A stretch of DNA of 64,000 nt from a virus (taxonomy: Duplodnaviria > Caudoviricetes), in the IMG/VR virus record IMGVR_UViG_3300014203_000001, positions 128,001 through 192,000 of that record, one strand, 5' to 3'. The position numbers and the translations under genes were made by a program. Below the pieces are notes generated by a model. The model was not told the origin of the DNA and ran no database searches. It saw nothing but the letters and a program-made list of their open reading frames with translations. Positions 19,765-30,593 of this stretch are shown piece by piece. The stretch's first letter is position 1. Each line of letters starts with the position of its first letter.

Positions 19765-20250
19765 TTATACTGAATATCCTCTTACTTGTATCTTGAATGG
19801 ATAAGTACCTTTGTTTGCATTTATTGGAACGTCAAATCTAAACTTACAATTACAATAGTTATTTCCGCTATTTGCAGTTCCATCATTAGCAGATCCCTTA
19901 ATGATATTGCCAGATGAAGATGGAACTGTTTGTGCTCTTAACGGTGCTGAAGATGACCCTCCCACTGCAGTATAAAGTTTATTCCCAATATTATCTGTAT
20001 CGGCTGTAGTTCCAACTAATACCTTTAACCATTTACCAACAGAAACATCTCCAGTTGTTCCTCCATTACCATCTAAACATGTAACTGATGCTTCTCTAAG
20101 ATCAGCTACTTCTGTAGTCCCACCTTTATTATTCCATACATTTACTTCTAATATAGAAGATGAACTATTTGCTTTAACTACACCCACACTCCACTCTTCT
20201 ACTATATTAGTATTAGTGCTATCTAATAATGAAATTATTGGTTTAGCCAT
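19765..20250 (-). CDS. Ig-like virion accessory protein
   Basis: Beta-rich, VWNNKGG; late promoter AACT-TATTAA-TA at 20266-20277. Confidence 0.6.
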   Translation of the reverse strand: MAKPIISLLDSTNTNIVEEWSVGVVKANSSSSILEVNVWNNKGGTTEVADLREASVTCLDGNGGTTGDVSVGKWLKVLVGTTADTDNIGNKLYTAVGGSSSAPLRAQTVPSSSGNIIKGSANDGTANSGNNYCNCKFRFDVPINANKGTYPFKIQVRGYSV

Positions 20251-20309
20251 ATTAATCACTCCTTTTATTAATAAGTTAAGGGTACTCTAATTAGAGTACC
20301 CTTAAAATG

Positions 20310-21536
20310 CTAATAGTTTACTTTGGTTCTATATCCACCAGTTATAAATGATAACTCTAAGCTAGAATTATCATAATAATAATTGTAGTCCGTTCCATTA
20401 ATAGCGCCTTTCCATTTACCTTGACCGTCATATTGCAGTTTAGCGTTATCAGTAAATGCAATATCTGTAGAGGCTGCAATATCAAGAGAATATCCAAATC
20501 TAATATTAGTATATCCCTTATTTATAGTCCAATCTTGCCATGGGGCAGCATTGAATGTAACTACATTCATACCCTGCGATAAGATTCTGCCCAAAGCAGT
20601 TACTGATGGGATGAATCTATTAGTATTAGTATTTGTATCGAAAGATCCATCATTTACATCAGTTGTGTCTAACACTTTACCCCATATGCTAGTATCGGTG
20701 TTATATGAATAGTATGTTACCCCGCTATCTATGCTTGCTAATAATCTTATCTTACCATTACCAGATTCATATCCAGTTGTTCCATCGTTTACATGAATCC
20801 AATCAAGATTGGAATAGGATTTAAGACTAATATCGTCTTTAGCGTGTATAAACTGTGAATTAGGAACAGAGGTTATATTCGCATTTAAAACTGGAGCCGA
20901 TGCATTGCCCCTCCAATAACATACTTTTGTATTAGCTCCTAGTTGTAATAAATACGCGTGAGTAGGACAGGCATCTTCACCTTGGTCTTTAAATAGTTGT
21001 TCTAATGTCTGGGTATCAGCTGGAATTCCTAAATCTACCCAAGATCCAGATTTACTAGAATGATAATGCCCATCAGATGTTTTGGCTAGATATTTTGTTG
21101 GATTAGGATTGTATTGTGATAAATACCCAATATCATCTATATCTATAGCATCTACCATTGTTCCGTATGAATTAACGGAGCAATCTATACTGACACTATG
21201 TTCTCCTAATGGCAATCCAGTCTTTTCAAATACTAAAGCTTGGTATATCACCCCAGTAGAAGTTATATTATAATCGTATTTAGTACCATCTATTGTAATA
21301 GTGGGTTTATCATAATACGCCGAATGCATCATTCCGATTAATCGAAATTTAGTGCCATAGAAGTTAAAAGATGCATTATATATTCCGCCACTATTGACTT
21401 GGTGGAAAGTCCCATTATAACAATTTGCATTGATCCCATATACAAAATTACTACTATATGCGATATTGATATCATTATCATCTATACGCTTCCAGCCAGT
21501 TTCTGGAAGTAATAATTGTTCTCCTATAGTTGCCAT
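20310..21536 (-). CDS. tail fibre/adhesin-like protein (MATIG..PETGW family)
   Basis: N-terminal domain shared with 39592 and 41604 genes; C-terminal domain shared with 41604 gene. Confidence 0.65.
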   Translation of the reverse strand: MATIGEQLLLPETGWKRIDDNDINIAYSSNFVYGINANCYNGTFHQVNSGGIYNASFNFYGTKFRLIGMMHSAYYDKPTITIDGTKYDYNITSTGVIYQALVFEKTGLPLGEHSVSIDCSVNSYGTMVDAIDIDDIGYLSQYNPNPTKYLAKTSDGHYHSSKSGSWVDLGIPADTQTLEQLFKDQGEDACPTHAYLLQLGANTKVCYWRGNASAPVLNANITSVPNSQFIHAKDDISLKSYSNLDWIHVNDGTTGYESGNGKIRLLASIDSGVTYYSYNTDTSIWGKVLDTTDVNDGSFDTNTNTNRFIPSVTALGRILSQGMNVVTFNAAPWQDWTINKGYTNIRFGYSLDIAASTDIAFTDNAKLQYDGQGKWKGAINGTDYNYYYDNSSLELSFITGGYRTKVNY

Positions 21537-21553
21537 TTATAATTTCACTTCCT

Positions 21554-22540
21554 TTATCTGACCGTTATACTTTCAACTGATTTGAAGACAGACATATCGA
21601 TATCGCATTCAGCATATTGCCCAGTTCCAGTCCAAGTAGTATCTTTTACGAATGGATACGTATAATTAGTCTTTAATCGCATTTGACTTCCACTTCCCGC
21701 ATCAGTACCAACAAATTCTACAAAATTTGGATCGTATTTGAAAGAAGTAGCCGAACCATTATCAAATTCACTAACAGTTTTTACTATATTCTGCTCACCA
21801 GATTCAAATTTCAATACAGTTGGAGCTACAACATTGAATGTAGAAGTATATGGAGTAGGAAGAACTTTAGTAGTACCAGCTACAATATCAGATGGACTAT
21901 TCCATTGCATATTATATGAGTTTGAACCACCACTTAATAATACATCGGAGAATGTACCCATCAATACCCAAGTCCCACCAGTAATATACTTATAATAAGT
22001 TCTCAATCCAGATTGATCTTCATCTGAAGTTACAATATAAGAATATCCAATGTATGGAGTAGCATACGCCATCAAATCTGCTTTAGTTGCAAACTCTCCA
22101 CCATACGTATCCCCTGAAGTTGAGATTGGTTGCCCGTTGTAAAAGATAACATCATTCTGCTCAGTAAATTTATTTAATACCAAAGAATTCACATGAGAAT
22201 GCTTCTTAGCAACAGCATCGTCAATATCAGCTACCGAAGATGTAGGTTTATTAGTAAGATCATCGTAATTGGTAGTTCCACCTACGGCATCCTCCTCCCA
22301 GTCAGTATCAGTAGTATTACCTTCTGGGTTTGTTTTTAGGGTATATGTTTTACCATCTTCTGTTACTGATACTTTCATCAGTACTTTTCTTCTTTCCGAT
22401 GAAATAGCATTTCGTGCAGCCAGAGTTTCTACAACTCTATATCCACCTTTACCATAGATATCTTCATGAGTTGCGTACCTATCCTGATCGGTAAATGGCA
22501 CTACTGCTGCTGATACATTTGTTCCTCGTAAATTAGCCAT
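21554..22540 (-). CDS. tail fibre/adaptor protein (MANLRGTNV family)
   Basis: Shared ~85-aa N-terminal module; close paralog of 46311..47414. Confidence 0.65.
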   Translation of the reverse strand: MANLRGTNVSAAVVPFTDQDRYATHEDIYGKGGYRVVETLAARNAISSERRKVLMKVSVTEDGKTYTLKTNPEGNTTDTDWEEDAVGGTTNYDDLTNKPTSSVADIDDAVAKKHSHVNSLVLNKFTEQNDVIFYNGQPISTSGDTYGGEFATKADLMAYATPYIGYSYIVTSDEDQSGLRTYYKYITGGTWVLMGTFSDVLLSGGSNSYNMQWNSPSDIVAGTTKVLPTPYTSTFNVVAPTVLKFESGEQNIVKTVSEFDNGSATSFKYDPNFVEFVGTDAGSGSQMRLKTNYTYPFVKDTTWTGTGQYAECDIDMSVFKSVESITVR

Positions 22541-22595
22541 TTAGCTTTAACCTCCTTAAAAATTGAAAGGAGCCACATTTGGCTCCTTTCATATA

Positions 22596-23522
22596 TTATA
22601 CAATTTCTACATTAATAGCAGCGCCAGTTTGAATACTATCTGTTCTGAAGATATCATAACTAGAGCTATGACCACTCGCATTTACAAATGCTCTAGTTAC
22701 TAAAGTCCAAGCAGAGTTGAATAATCCACCAATCTTGAACTTATTGACATCGCATGCAAATGATGTAGGGATAGCTACATATAGGTATTTACCACCAGTA
22801 GCATCTAAAGTTTTATTCATTGCTCTAGAACTAGCGAATTCACCAGTAAGAGCGATAACACCAGCATCATCCAATGTAGCAGATGCCGATACACCAACAT
22901 ATCGTTTGTTCAAGAAACGAACGTTAGTTGTTTTAGCAATAGTATGACCTTCTTGAGTAGTACCATCATCTACCGTTAAAGTATATACTGTATCTGCAGT
23001 AACAATCAATCCTTCAACAGCTATAGTTGTAGTACCAGGCTCGATAATACCAATACCATTGTCGATTGTTTGAGAAGTAACCGTTTTATTCAATGCCCAG
23101 TTAAAGTTAATTGCATTAACAGTACTACCAATCTCAACTGTATTTACATCGTTAGTAAATGCAGTGATCAATGGAGCCAAATATAATAGTTTATCCAAAG
23201 CTTCAGCCACAGTCATCACGCCATAACTAACAGCATCAGCTGTACTAGCTCCAGATCCACCAGTAACCACTTCTTCCCAATCTGCATCTACTGTAGCAGC
23301 CTCTGCAGGATTAGTAATTAATTTATAAGTTTTGCCATCTCCAACGACAGCAACAGTCATAAGAAGTTCTCTTCTATCAACTGGAATTGCATTTCTCTCT
23401 ACAAAAGTAGCGACGGTTCTATGACCACCTTTACCATATGCTGCATCATGAGTCGCAAAAGTATCCCCATCTGTAAAAGGCAACACTGTTGCCGCAACGT
23501 TAGTGCCTGCTAGATTAGCCAT
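22596..23522 (-). CDS. tail fibre/adaptor protein (MANLAGTNV family)
   Basis: Shared N-terminal module; C-terminal ALD.LLY..P.IT.FTN domain shared with 23588..25189; late promoter at 23568-23579. Confidence 0.65.
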   Translation of the reverse strand: MANLAGTNVAATVLPFTDGDTFATHDAAYGKGGHRTVATFVERNAIPVDRRELLMTVAVVGDGKTYKLITNPAEAATVDADWEEVVTGGSGASTADAVSYGVMTVAEALDKLLYLAPLITAFTNDVNTVEIGSTVNAINFNWALNKTVTSQTIDNGIGIIEPGTTTIAVEGLIVTADTVYTLTVDDGTTQEGHTIAKTTNVRFLNKRYVGVSASATLDDAGVIALTGEFASSRAMNKTLDATGGKYLYVAIPTSFACDVNKFKIGGLFNSAWTLVTRAFVNASGHSSSYDIFRTDSIQTGAAINVEIV

Positions 23523-23587
23523 TTTATTAATCCTCCAAAAATATAAATTTAAGGAATATGTATTCCTTATTTAATTGTTCTTAAATT

Positions 23588-25189
23588 CTACCCTACGACT
23601 ACAGGAATAGCGGAACCGGTTTGAATATTACCAGATCTGAATACGTCGTAGTTAGTAGTATATCCGCTAGCATTAGTAAGAGCAACAGTAGTCTTAGTCC
23701 AGTTAGAATTAGCCAAACCTCCAATTTTAAATTTAGAAGCATCTAAATTAAATGAGCTAGGAACTACAAAGTATAAGTATTTGCCACCAGTTGCATCTAA
23801 TGTCTTACTCATACTATAATCAGTAGCAAATTCAGAACCCAATCCCAAAATGCCAGCATTATCTAATACATCAAGATTTGATGCTCCCCAATAACGTTTA
23901 TTTCTAAAGTTTACTGAAGTTGATTTGGTTACAGTATTTTGAGAATCGGCAATAGATAAAGTCCAAGTGGTATCACTAGTAATATTCAGAGATGATAGTG
24001 CCTTAGTTGTAGTACCAACGGCAATGCTGCCAACTCCGTTATTAATAGACTGAGAATCTATAACTTTATTCAATGCCCAGTTAAGTGTTACTGAATTAAC
24101 AGTACTACCCATTTCAACAGTATTCACGTTATTGGTGAATGAAGTGATCTGAGGCGTAGTATATAACAAATGATCTAGTGCAGCTTTTACTGTTGTATAA
24201 GTAGAATCGTCATGTGTAACTACAGCATCTGCTAAACTAGTAGTTCCACCTGCAGAAACTAATGATTGCAAAGCTGTATCCAAATCAGCATAAGAAATTT
24301 TATCATTCGCGCCACTATTTGATTTGAATGCAAGATATGTTCTATAGCCAGTAAAATCGCCAACAGGACATGGATTATCGCATGTCTTAATAGTTAAGAT
24401 TACGGCATTATCATTTATCTTAGAAATAGAAGCATCCAGATAGTTAGCTACATAAATAAACCCATCTCCGGAAGGACAAATAGCAAATGGTCCTTTACCT
24501 ACTGGAATAGTATCACTAACTTTATCATCTTCAATTTTACTAACAGTATTGGAAGCATAATTACTTGCATAAATGCTCCCATTATCATCAGCACAAACAT
24601 CTTGTGGATTTTTACCAACCGCAATATCTAAAATCTTAGTACTACCCAATATTTTAGATATAGTATTAGATCCAACATTTGCTACCCATACGTGTTTAGA
24701 TTTATCCACACAAATACCATATGGATTGCGACCTACTTTAATATCACTTTTAGTTAGCGTATCATCAACGATCTTACTTACAGTGCTAGCTAAATAGCAA
24801 GTAACATAAACACTTCCGTCTGGTGTGATAGCAATGCCTCTAGGACCAACTCCAACTGAAATTGTTTTATCAACCTTATCATCAACAATCTTACTTACAG
24901 TATTGGATCTGAAGTTAGTTACATAGATAGCTTTGGTAATAGCATTCTGAGCAATACCCATTGGTGATTTACCAACAGGGATGTCGAGAGTTCTAACACC
25001 ATTTGTAAACTTAGATACAGTATTGGCTCCAGTGTTAACTACCCAAACATCTACCATATTCACATCAACTAGAACAGCTCTTGGAGTACCTCCAGTAGCT
25101 TCATATGCGGTAGGGAATTCATCATCCACTACGCGAAAAAGTCTAGACTTATTAGGATCTGGTATCCATAAATCACTTAAATATTTCAT
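23588..25189 (-). CDS. YVTN/YncE-type beta-propeller adhesin
   Basis: About 6 repeats I.VG..P.GI....YV.N..SNTVSKI; late promoter AACA-TAGAAG-TA at 25212-25223. Confidence 0.8.
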   Translation of the reverse strand: MKYLSDLWIPDPNKSRLFRVVDDEFPTAYEATGGTPRAVLVDVNMVDVWVVNTGANTVSKFTNGVRTLDIPVGKSPMGIAQNAITKAIYVTNFRSNTVSKIVDDKVDKTISVGVGPRGIAITPDGSVYVTCYLASTVSKIVDDTLTKSDIKVGRNPYGICVDKSKHVWVANVGSNTISKILGSTKILDIAVGKNPQDVCADDNGSIYASNYASNTVSKIEDDKVSDTIPVGKGPFAICPSGDGFIYVANYLDASISKINDNAVILTIKTCDNPCPVGDFTGYRTYLAFKSNSGANDKISYADLDTALQSLVSAGGTTSLADAVVTHDDSTYTTVKAALDHLLYTTPQITSFTNNVNTVEMGSTVNSVTLNWALNKVIDSQSINNGVGSIAVGTTTKALSSLNITSDTTWTLSIADSQNTVTKSTSVNFRNKRYWGASNLDVLDNAGILGLGSEFATDYSMSKTLDATGGKYLYFVVPSSFNLDASKFKIGGLANSNWTKTTVALTNASGYTTNYDVFRSGNIQTGSAIPVVVG

Positions 25190-25309
25190 ATTTTAATCCT
25201 CCTTATTATATTACTTCTATGTTTAGCAAAGTAAATATAGGAGCTACAATTGTAGCTCCTAATAAAATCATCACATTCATTTATTTAATGGTCCTTTGGT
25301 AAACGATAA

Positions 25310-25678
25310 TTATTCTTTTTTCTTTCTTCTATCATTATTATCAATTCCTTTAATCTGTTTACACAAACCAAGAATTCCATCAACCGTAGATAATTTTTCC
25401 ATTAATTGAAACCCAACAAGACCACATACAAAGGATGCAAATGTTAAGAATTTTTCACCAAACCTTTCTATAATTATATTTGACAATCCATATATAACTA
25501 AAGTAGCGGTGAAAGTTGATAGTAACACATTCGATATGGATATATGCTCTGGATGATCAGATTTCATTATACGCATATATTCTTTTCCATAGCTTCCTGC
25601 TAATGCTGTGATAATGATGAATAACAATGATGACTCTATATTAGATATACTATTCAATATCAAATCAATCATTATCAA
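25310..25678 (-). CDS. three-TM holin-like membrane protein
   Basis: Three hydrophobic helices, basic C-terminus. Confidence 0.5.
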   Translation of the reverse strand: MIMIDLILNSISNIESSLLFIIITALAGSYGKEYMRIMKSDHPEHISISNVLLSTFTATLVIYGLSNIIIERFGEKFLTFASFVCGLVGFQLMEKLSTVDGILGLCKQIKGIDNNDRRKKKE

Positions 25679-25695
25679 ATGTCATCCTTTCACTA

Positions 25696-26694
25696 TTATC
25701 TATTTTTTAATTCACAGTCTTTTCTTCGTATCACCGATACTACATAGTTATTGATAATTGCAGTAAATACGATACAAAATAATAGTACAACACAAATAAC
25801 TGTATTTATAACATTAAATCTATGCTGCATTAGTTTATGATATTCATTCATCCTATCTATTAATGTATCATATTTACTCATGGTAGTTTTATGATATTTA
25901 GAGAGTATATCATTAATATTAAAACCAGCGATAATGATTATTTTAGAATTAGGATATCTAATACCGATATTATTAACATCTGGAGCACCAAAGATATCTC
26001 CATGTTGTTGAATATACACAGGTTTTAAGAACTCATATGTTTCTAATCCATCAAGCCCTTCTTGCATAAATACACTCTTCAGTTCTTTTAGATCCATCTC
26101 GACAATTGTAATATGACTCAACCTATTTGATTTTCTAAATTCCCAAAATATTGGTTTGTTAGATTGCAATAATATAGAATTGATTGCCTTATTAGCTAGA
26201 GACTTATTAGTATGCATAGCTACTTCTTGATCCCATGTTCTAAATGTAGTATCTTCTGGACTGCAATTAAGACTAAGATCGGATAATACTCCCTCTCTAG
26301 ATGCAACAAACGGATCATTGTTATCATTGTGTATATTGTTTAGATACTTTCCAGTTATTTCGCTAGCCAAAATATTATAAATTTGGGCATTTGAATTTGG
26401 ATTTTCTAGATCATATTGTAGTTTATTCTTGTCCTGATACGATGATAATATTTTAACTTCTATATTAGATCGTATTCCTCCTGCAAACGTTTCAGCATTA
26501 TTATAATTATCTATAATAATAGATTCGATTGTTTGCCATTGTAGCTCTCGAATTTCACGTACGGATTCTATATGTTTTTCTTCTTTCTGTTTGGTTTCAT
26601 CATAGCTATATAATCCTTGCAAAATTCCTAAAAATAAAAACAATAGAAGCGATGTCGCTAATATACGACTAATGTTAGATGATGCATTATTCAT
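25696..26694 (-). CDS. membrane protein TM-extracytoplasmic domain-TM (sensor-like)
   Basis: Two TMs flanking ~260 aa; late promoter AACA-TAGTAA-TA at 26744-26755. Confidence 0.6.
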   Translation of the reverse strand: MNNASSNISRILATSLLLFLFLGILQGLYSYDETKQKEEKHIESVREIRELQWQTIESIIIDNYNNAETFAGGIRSNIEVKILSSYQDKNKLQYDLENPNSNAQIYNILASEITGKYLNNIHNDNNDPFVASREGVLSDLSLNCSPEDTTFRTWDQEVAMHTNKSLANKAINSILLQSNKPIFWEFRKSNRLSHITIVEMDLKELKSVFMQEGLDGLETYEFLKPVYIQQHGDIFGAPDVNNIGIRYPNSKIIIIAGFNINDILSKYHKTTMSKYDTLIDRMNEYHKLMQHRFNVINTVICVVLLFCIVFTAIINNYVVSVIRRKDCELKNR

Positions 26695-26804
26695 TATTCT
26701 TGTCCTTTCGTATAAAATTAAATACCTAAACCTTTAAGTATTTTATTACTATGTTTTAACACCTAGCTAGCTGGAACATAAAGATAAGAAGGAGGGATGC
26801 AATT

Positions 26805-27158
26805 ATGGAAGCTCAAGATGATACCACTACTAGATCTGATATATCGTTAGAGAAAGAACCAGACTCATCAGAACAAGTTGTAGAGCCTACAGAAAAGGAG
26901 AAAATAACTAAGGGTATAAATATGGTAGGAGATTATTTACATATACCTTTATTAAAGATACTAAACGGAACTTCATTCTTTATAGTAATATACATAACGG
27001 CATGGACTCTTAATTCATTATACCCGACATTAGTACACTTCGACCTACCAGAATTGAGAGCTTTCTATATTATGCTTATAGGAAAACAAACAGCTGAGCA
27101 CACTGTTAATTCAATATTCAATAGTGCTAAAGATAAATATCCTACCAATACAAAATAA
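26805..27158 (+). CDS. small membrane protein (holin-like)
   Basis: Late promoter AACA-TAAAGA-TA at 26775-26786; hydrophobic segments. Confidence 0.55.
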   Translation: MEAQDDTTTRSDISLEKEPDSSEQVVEPTEKEKITKGINMVGDYLHIPLLKILNGTSFFIVIYITAWTLNSLYPTLVHFDLPELRAFYIMLIGKQTAEHTVNSIFNSAKDKYPTNTK

Positions 27159-27177
27159 TTTAAACGGAGTGATTAAA

Positions 27178-27750
27178 ATGAAAGAAGTTACCTTTATATT
27201 TGTAAACCGACAAACTACTTTAATGCATAGGCTATTTGGTATTATTATTAATGCATTTGAGCATTCTACTAATGATGCTATGTCTCATGTTGCTATTCAA
27301 TTTGATGATTTGAAAGGATACGGAGAATGCATCTTAGAAGCGACCCATATAGGAGTAACAACTGCAGAATATACTAAATATGATAACGATAAGAAACAAT
27401 GCAGAATTACCATAGGGTTAACCGATGAACAATATGCTGTACTGGAAGCTAAAGCTCTAGAGATAATTGATAGAAAATATAAATATAGCTATAAAGCTTG
27501 TATTATTGGCGGTATTGCTAACAGTGTTAGCCGTACACTTGGTAAATTCTTAGCTAGGATTTTAAAAGCCGATACTGATTCTGGAATGAATTGCTCTGAA
27601 ACTGCAATGGAACTCATACGTGAGCCATTCAAAGAGTTCTGTGATTCATGGGCAGATTCGGAGATTACCCCATACGATATTTATATTAATCTCATGATCA
27701 ACGCAGTTTATGGGTTTATTAAAATTACTAAAGCCACTAGATATAGTTAA
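27178..27750 (+). CDS. permuted papain-like NlpC/P60 (YiiX/YaeF-type) enzyme
   Basis: SHVAI, ILEA..G, Y.Y, NCSE, ITPYD in His-before-Cys order. Confidence 0.75.
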   Translation: MKEVTFIFVNRQTTLMHRLFGIIINAFEHSTNDAMSHVAIQFDDLKGYGECILEATHIGVTTAEYTKYDNDKKQCRITIGLTDEQYAVLEAKALEIIDRKYKYSYKACIIGGIANSVSRTLGKFLARILKADTDSGMNCSETAMELIREPFKEFCDSWADSEITPYDIYINLMINAVYGFIKITKATRYS

Positions 27751-27811
27751 TATACAAGGTATACCATATTGGTATACCTTGCTCTTATTTGTATAAGTAC
27801 TAAGATATAAA

Positions 27812-27829
27812 TATATATTATATAGGTGA
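27812..27829 (+). promoter_or_regulatory. early-type promoter
   Basis: TATATATTATA-TAGG-TGA. Confidence 0.7.
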
Positions 27830-27885
27830 ATAGTTATCTACTTAAGCGCAAACAAATAGATAACTTAATAAGGAGGAGGGATATT

Positions 27886-28338
27886 ATGGTAAAAGAATCG
27901 GATGTTTTATATATCGGAGTGGACGCAGCTAGTGGAGATAAGAAAGGAGATCTAAGTTGTATTTCTGTAGTATCAGAAGATAGAGTTTTATTAGTTGCAT
28001 ATGGCATCACACCAAGTAGTGCATTTGATAATATTATTGATCCTTTGATCAGTATGGGAGTAGATCTACGAGATATACTCAATATCAAAAGTGGTATAGA
28101 TAAGAGAGGAAGTACAGTATATACTATACCAGTTTTAAAAGATTTCACCCAAAAATGTTTTAGAAAGTGTGAAATTAGTGGTTGTGATATGCAAGAAAAG
28201 CACTGTGGGAACAACGAATTCCCACCAATGACTAAATGCACAAGATGCCAATTTTGGTTTACTAATCTAGAAAAGAATGAGGGAAGGAAGGTAATGATAG
28301 ATGAAACGACTAATTTCAGGTGGAGCACAAGGTTCTGA
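27886..28338 (+). CDS. early hypothetical protein with Cys-rich C-terminus
   Basis: RBS GGAGGAGG before ATG 27886; N-terminal YIGVDAA resembles an RNase-H-fold first strand. Confidence 0.6.
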   Translation: MVKESDVLYIGVDAASGDKKGDLSCISVVSEDRVLLVAYGITPSSAFDNIIDPLISMGVDLRDILNIKSGIDKRGSTVYTIPVLKDFTQKCFRKCEISGCDMQEKHCGNNEFPPMTKCTRCQFWFTNLEKNEGRKVMIDETTNFRWSTRF

Positions 28339-28879
28339 TACTATATTTGCTAGATGCGCTCTAAATATAGGAGTGGATGTAGATATTCACACATTCAAAG
28401 AACACAACGTAACAATACCGCCAGCTATGAAGAAACCAAACATCATAATCCATACAGAAGAAGAACTTAAGATTGCTCTTCAATATGTGAAAGAAGCTAA
28501 TAAAGTTCTTAAGAGAAGTATTCCACCTGGCTATGTTAGGAAGCTATTATGTCGAAATTATTATCAAATAGAACATAGTGATTGTGTTATCGCTACTTGT
28601 AAGCTGAATCCTAACGATACTGTAGATGGCGGAACTGGATGGGCGGTACAAATGGCTATAATGAAAAAGATACCAGTGTATATATTTGATATTAGATTGG
28701 AGAAATGGATGCGTCTAAAGGATGGCTATATAATTTGTCTAGGAGCTAATGAACTTCCAGATTTATCTCTGTATGATAATATAACTGGCATCGGATCTAG
28801 AGACGTAACATATCCAGCAACTAAGGAGATAATCAAACTCTTTGAAATTGAATTGAAAAGGAGAAGCGAAAATGAATAA
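28301..28879 (+). CDS. SLOG-superfamily (DprA/YpsA-like) nucleotide-binding protein
   Basis: ISGGAQGSD, RN..I..SD, GGTGWAV.MA..IPVYIFD, TGIGSR. Confidence 0.8.
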   Translation: MKRLISGGAQGSDTIFARCALNIGVDVDIHTFKEHNVTIPPAMKKPNIIIHTEEELKIALQYVKEANKVLKRSIPPGYVRKLLCRNYYQIEHSDCVIATCKLNPNDTVDGGTGWAVQMAIMKKIPVYIFDIRLEKWMRLKDGYIICLGANELPDLSLYDNITGIGSRDVTYPATKEIIKLFEIELKRRSENE

Positions 28880-29759
28880 AATATTTCTGATCGAATACGA
28901 TGGTGAGGAAAAAGCATTCACCTCTAAAGAGAAATATGAAGAGTATATGAAAACAATAGAAAAAACTGGTATAGTTCAAACTAGAGAGATTGAACTGAAT
29001 CCAGATATCCCAACCTTATACAAATACGTATGTGTCTATGGTCCTCTTTTGGAACCATTAGAAGCAGGAGAAATATCATATGATAAGTGCAGAGACAATC
29101 CAGATCTTCCTATGACCACTTTCTTTAAACTATCTAAAGATAAACCTAATATTGATATTGAGTATTCTTTAGAAAAAGTTAAAGAAGAAGATAATTCAGA
29201 CACATTTGATTATTGTGTGATTGTTCCACTTACAGACGAGTCGGATAGTGATATAACTGAAATATGTAACGAAATATATACTTCTATAATGGGTAGATCT
29301 TCAAAGTATTTATACGACGATGCCAATTCTATTACCTCTCATGTATCCATTGTATCGGCACCTTCATTATTACCAGAGGAGGATGCCAAGTATCTATCCA
29401 CTTTATTATACAATAATTTACAGTTTATGGAATATCCAGATAGGGGAATTACAAGTAAGTTCGTTTTAAGAGTATCATCAAATAGTGAGATTAATGATAA
29501 AATCGAAAAGATTATGACTGAAACTATGCCTAATGAAAACGTATTTGAGCTAGTTCATTTTCGCAGAGATGAAGAAAAACTAGACGGCAGAGTTAGTCAC
29601 ATTAGCTGTTCATTGGATGGATATACAATAGCTCCTACATATATATCCCTAACGTTTAGATCTAAAAGATCTCAATATTCTGGTATTGGTACTACTTTAG
29701 AAGAAGTGTTAGAGTTATATGAGCCTAACAAACAAACGCAGCAAAACTTATTTGAGTGA
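28872..29759 (+). CDS. hypothetical protein
   Basis: 295-aa ORF overlapping the SLOG gene end. Confidence 0.7.
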   Translation: MNKIFLIEYDGEEKAFTSKEKYEEYMKTIEKTGIVQTREIELNPDIPTLYKYVCVYGPLLEPLEAGEISYDKCRDNPDLPMTTFFKLSKDKPNIDIEYSLEKVKEEDNSDTFDYCVIVPLTDESDSDITEICNEIYTSIMGRSSKYLYDDANSITSHVSIVSAPSLLPEEDAKYLSTLLYNNLQFMEYPDRGITSKFVLRVSSNSEINDKIEKIMTETMPNENVFELVHFRRDEEKLDGRVSHISCSLDGYTIAPTYISLTFRSKRSQYSGIGTTLEEVLELYEPNKQTQQNLFE

Positions 29760-29775
29760 TATATTATAAACATGA
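29758..29775 (+). promoter_or_regulatory. early-type promoter
   Basis: GATATATTATA-AACA-TGA. Confidence 0.65.
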
Positions 29776-29811
29776 ATAAACTATATTATATATTAAAGGG
29801 AGAGATTTATT

Positions 29812-30177
29812 ATGAAAAAGATCAGTCTATTGTTAATGGTACTTGTGTGTTATCTTAGTCTATCGTTAGGAGTTGTTAGTGCACAACATTTTAATTATGA
29901 TGAAGCTGTGCAAATTGCTAGTGGGCAATGGTATAACACAAGTAATGGAAAAACAAGTAACTTTATCTGGCAAGCTGGTGGAGAATGCAATATTGTTAAT
30001 GGCAAAGGCTATACCGATCCCAATGGAGAAAGCTTGATTTTCTTTGACGATAAGGGAACTCCAGCATATCTTAGAGTTACATATTATCCAGACCAAGATA
30101 AGTATTATGCAGCTATTGCAGTGTATGATAGAAACAGAGTAGCATGGTGTGTAATAAATAATAGTTTATCGAAGTAA
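29812..30177 (+). CDS. early secreted protein
   Basis: Signal peptide MKKISLLLMVLVCYLSLSLGVVSA. Confidence 0.7.
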   Translation: MKKISLLLMVLVCYLSLSLGVVSAQHFNYDEAVQIASGQWYNTSNGKTSNFIWQAGGECNIVNGKGYTDPNGESLIFFDDKGTPAYLRVTYYPDQDKYYAAIAVYDRNRVAWCVINNSLSK

Positions 30178-30254
30178 TAAATATAAGAGATAGCAAATTG
30201 CTATCTCTTTCTTTTTGTTTATCTTATATTTCAATCAGTATTATAATTTTCAGG

Positions 30255-30272
30255 TATATATTATATATGTGA
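30255..30272 (+). promoter_or_regulatory. early-type promoter
   Basis: TATATATTATA-TATG-TGA. Confidence 0.7.
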
Positions 30273-30329
30273 ATAAAGTATACAATATACTTATTATATA
30301 AAAATATTTAAGAGGAGAGGGTTATTAAA

Positions 30330-30593
30330 ATGATTCACATTAATGAAAATCGTAAAACTGGATATCGCGAATGGGGAGTTAAAGATGTAAAGCAGCTCAT
30401 ACTGGATAGAAATATTAGGTTTAAAAATGGTAACAATCTAACCGATGAAGAATGCTTTAAAGTCTTGAAATTAGCACTCAATCGAAACGATGATAACGAA
30501 GGTATAAATTATGATGTTCTAGAGTTCTGGTTATTCAGTTTGTTTCGTTCACGTATTATCAATGCACGATCTATACATGGATGGTATCGATAA
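30330..30593 (+). CDS. small early protein, paralog family A
   Basis: W.VKDV..LTDEEC..VL. Confidence 0.7.
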   Translation: MIHINENRKTGYREWGVKDVKQLILDRNIRFKNGNNLTDEECFKVLKLALNRNDDNEGINYDVLEFWLFSLFRSRIINARSIHGWYR

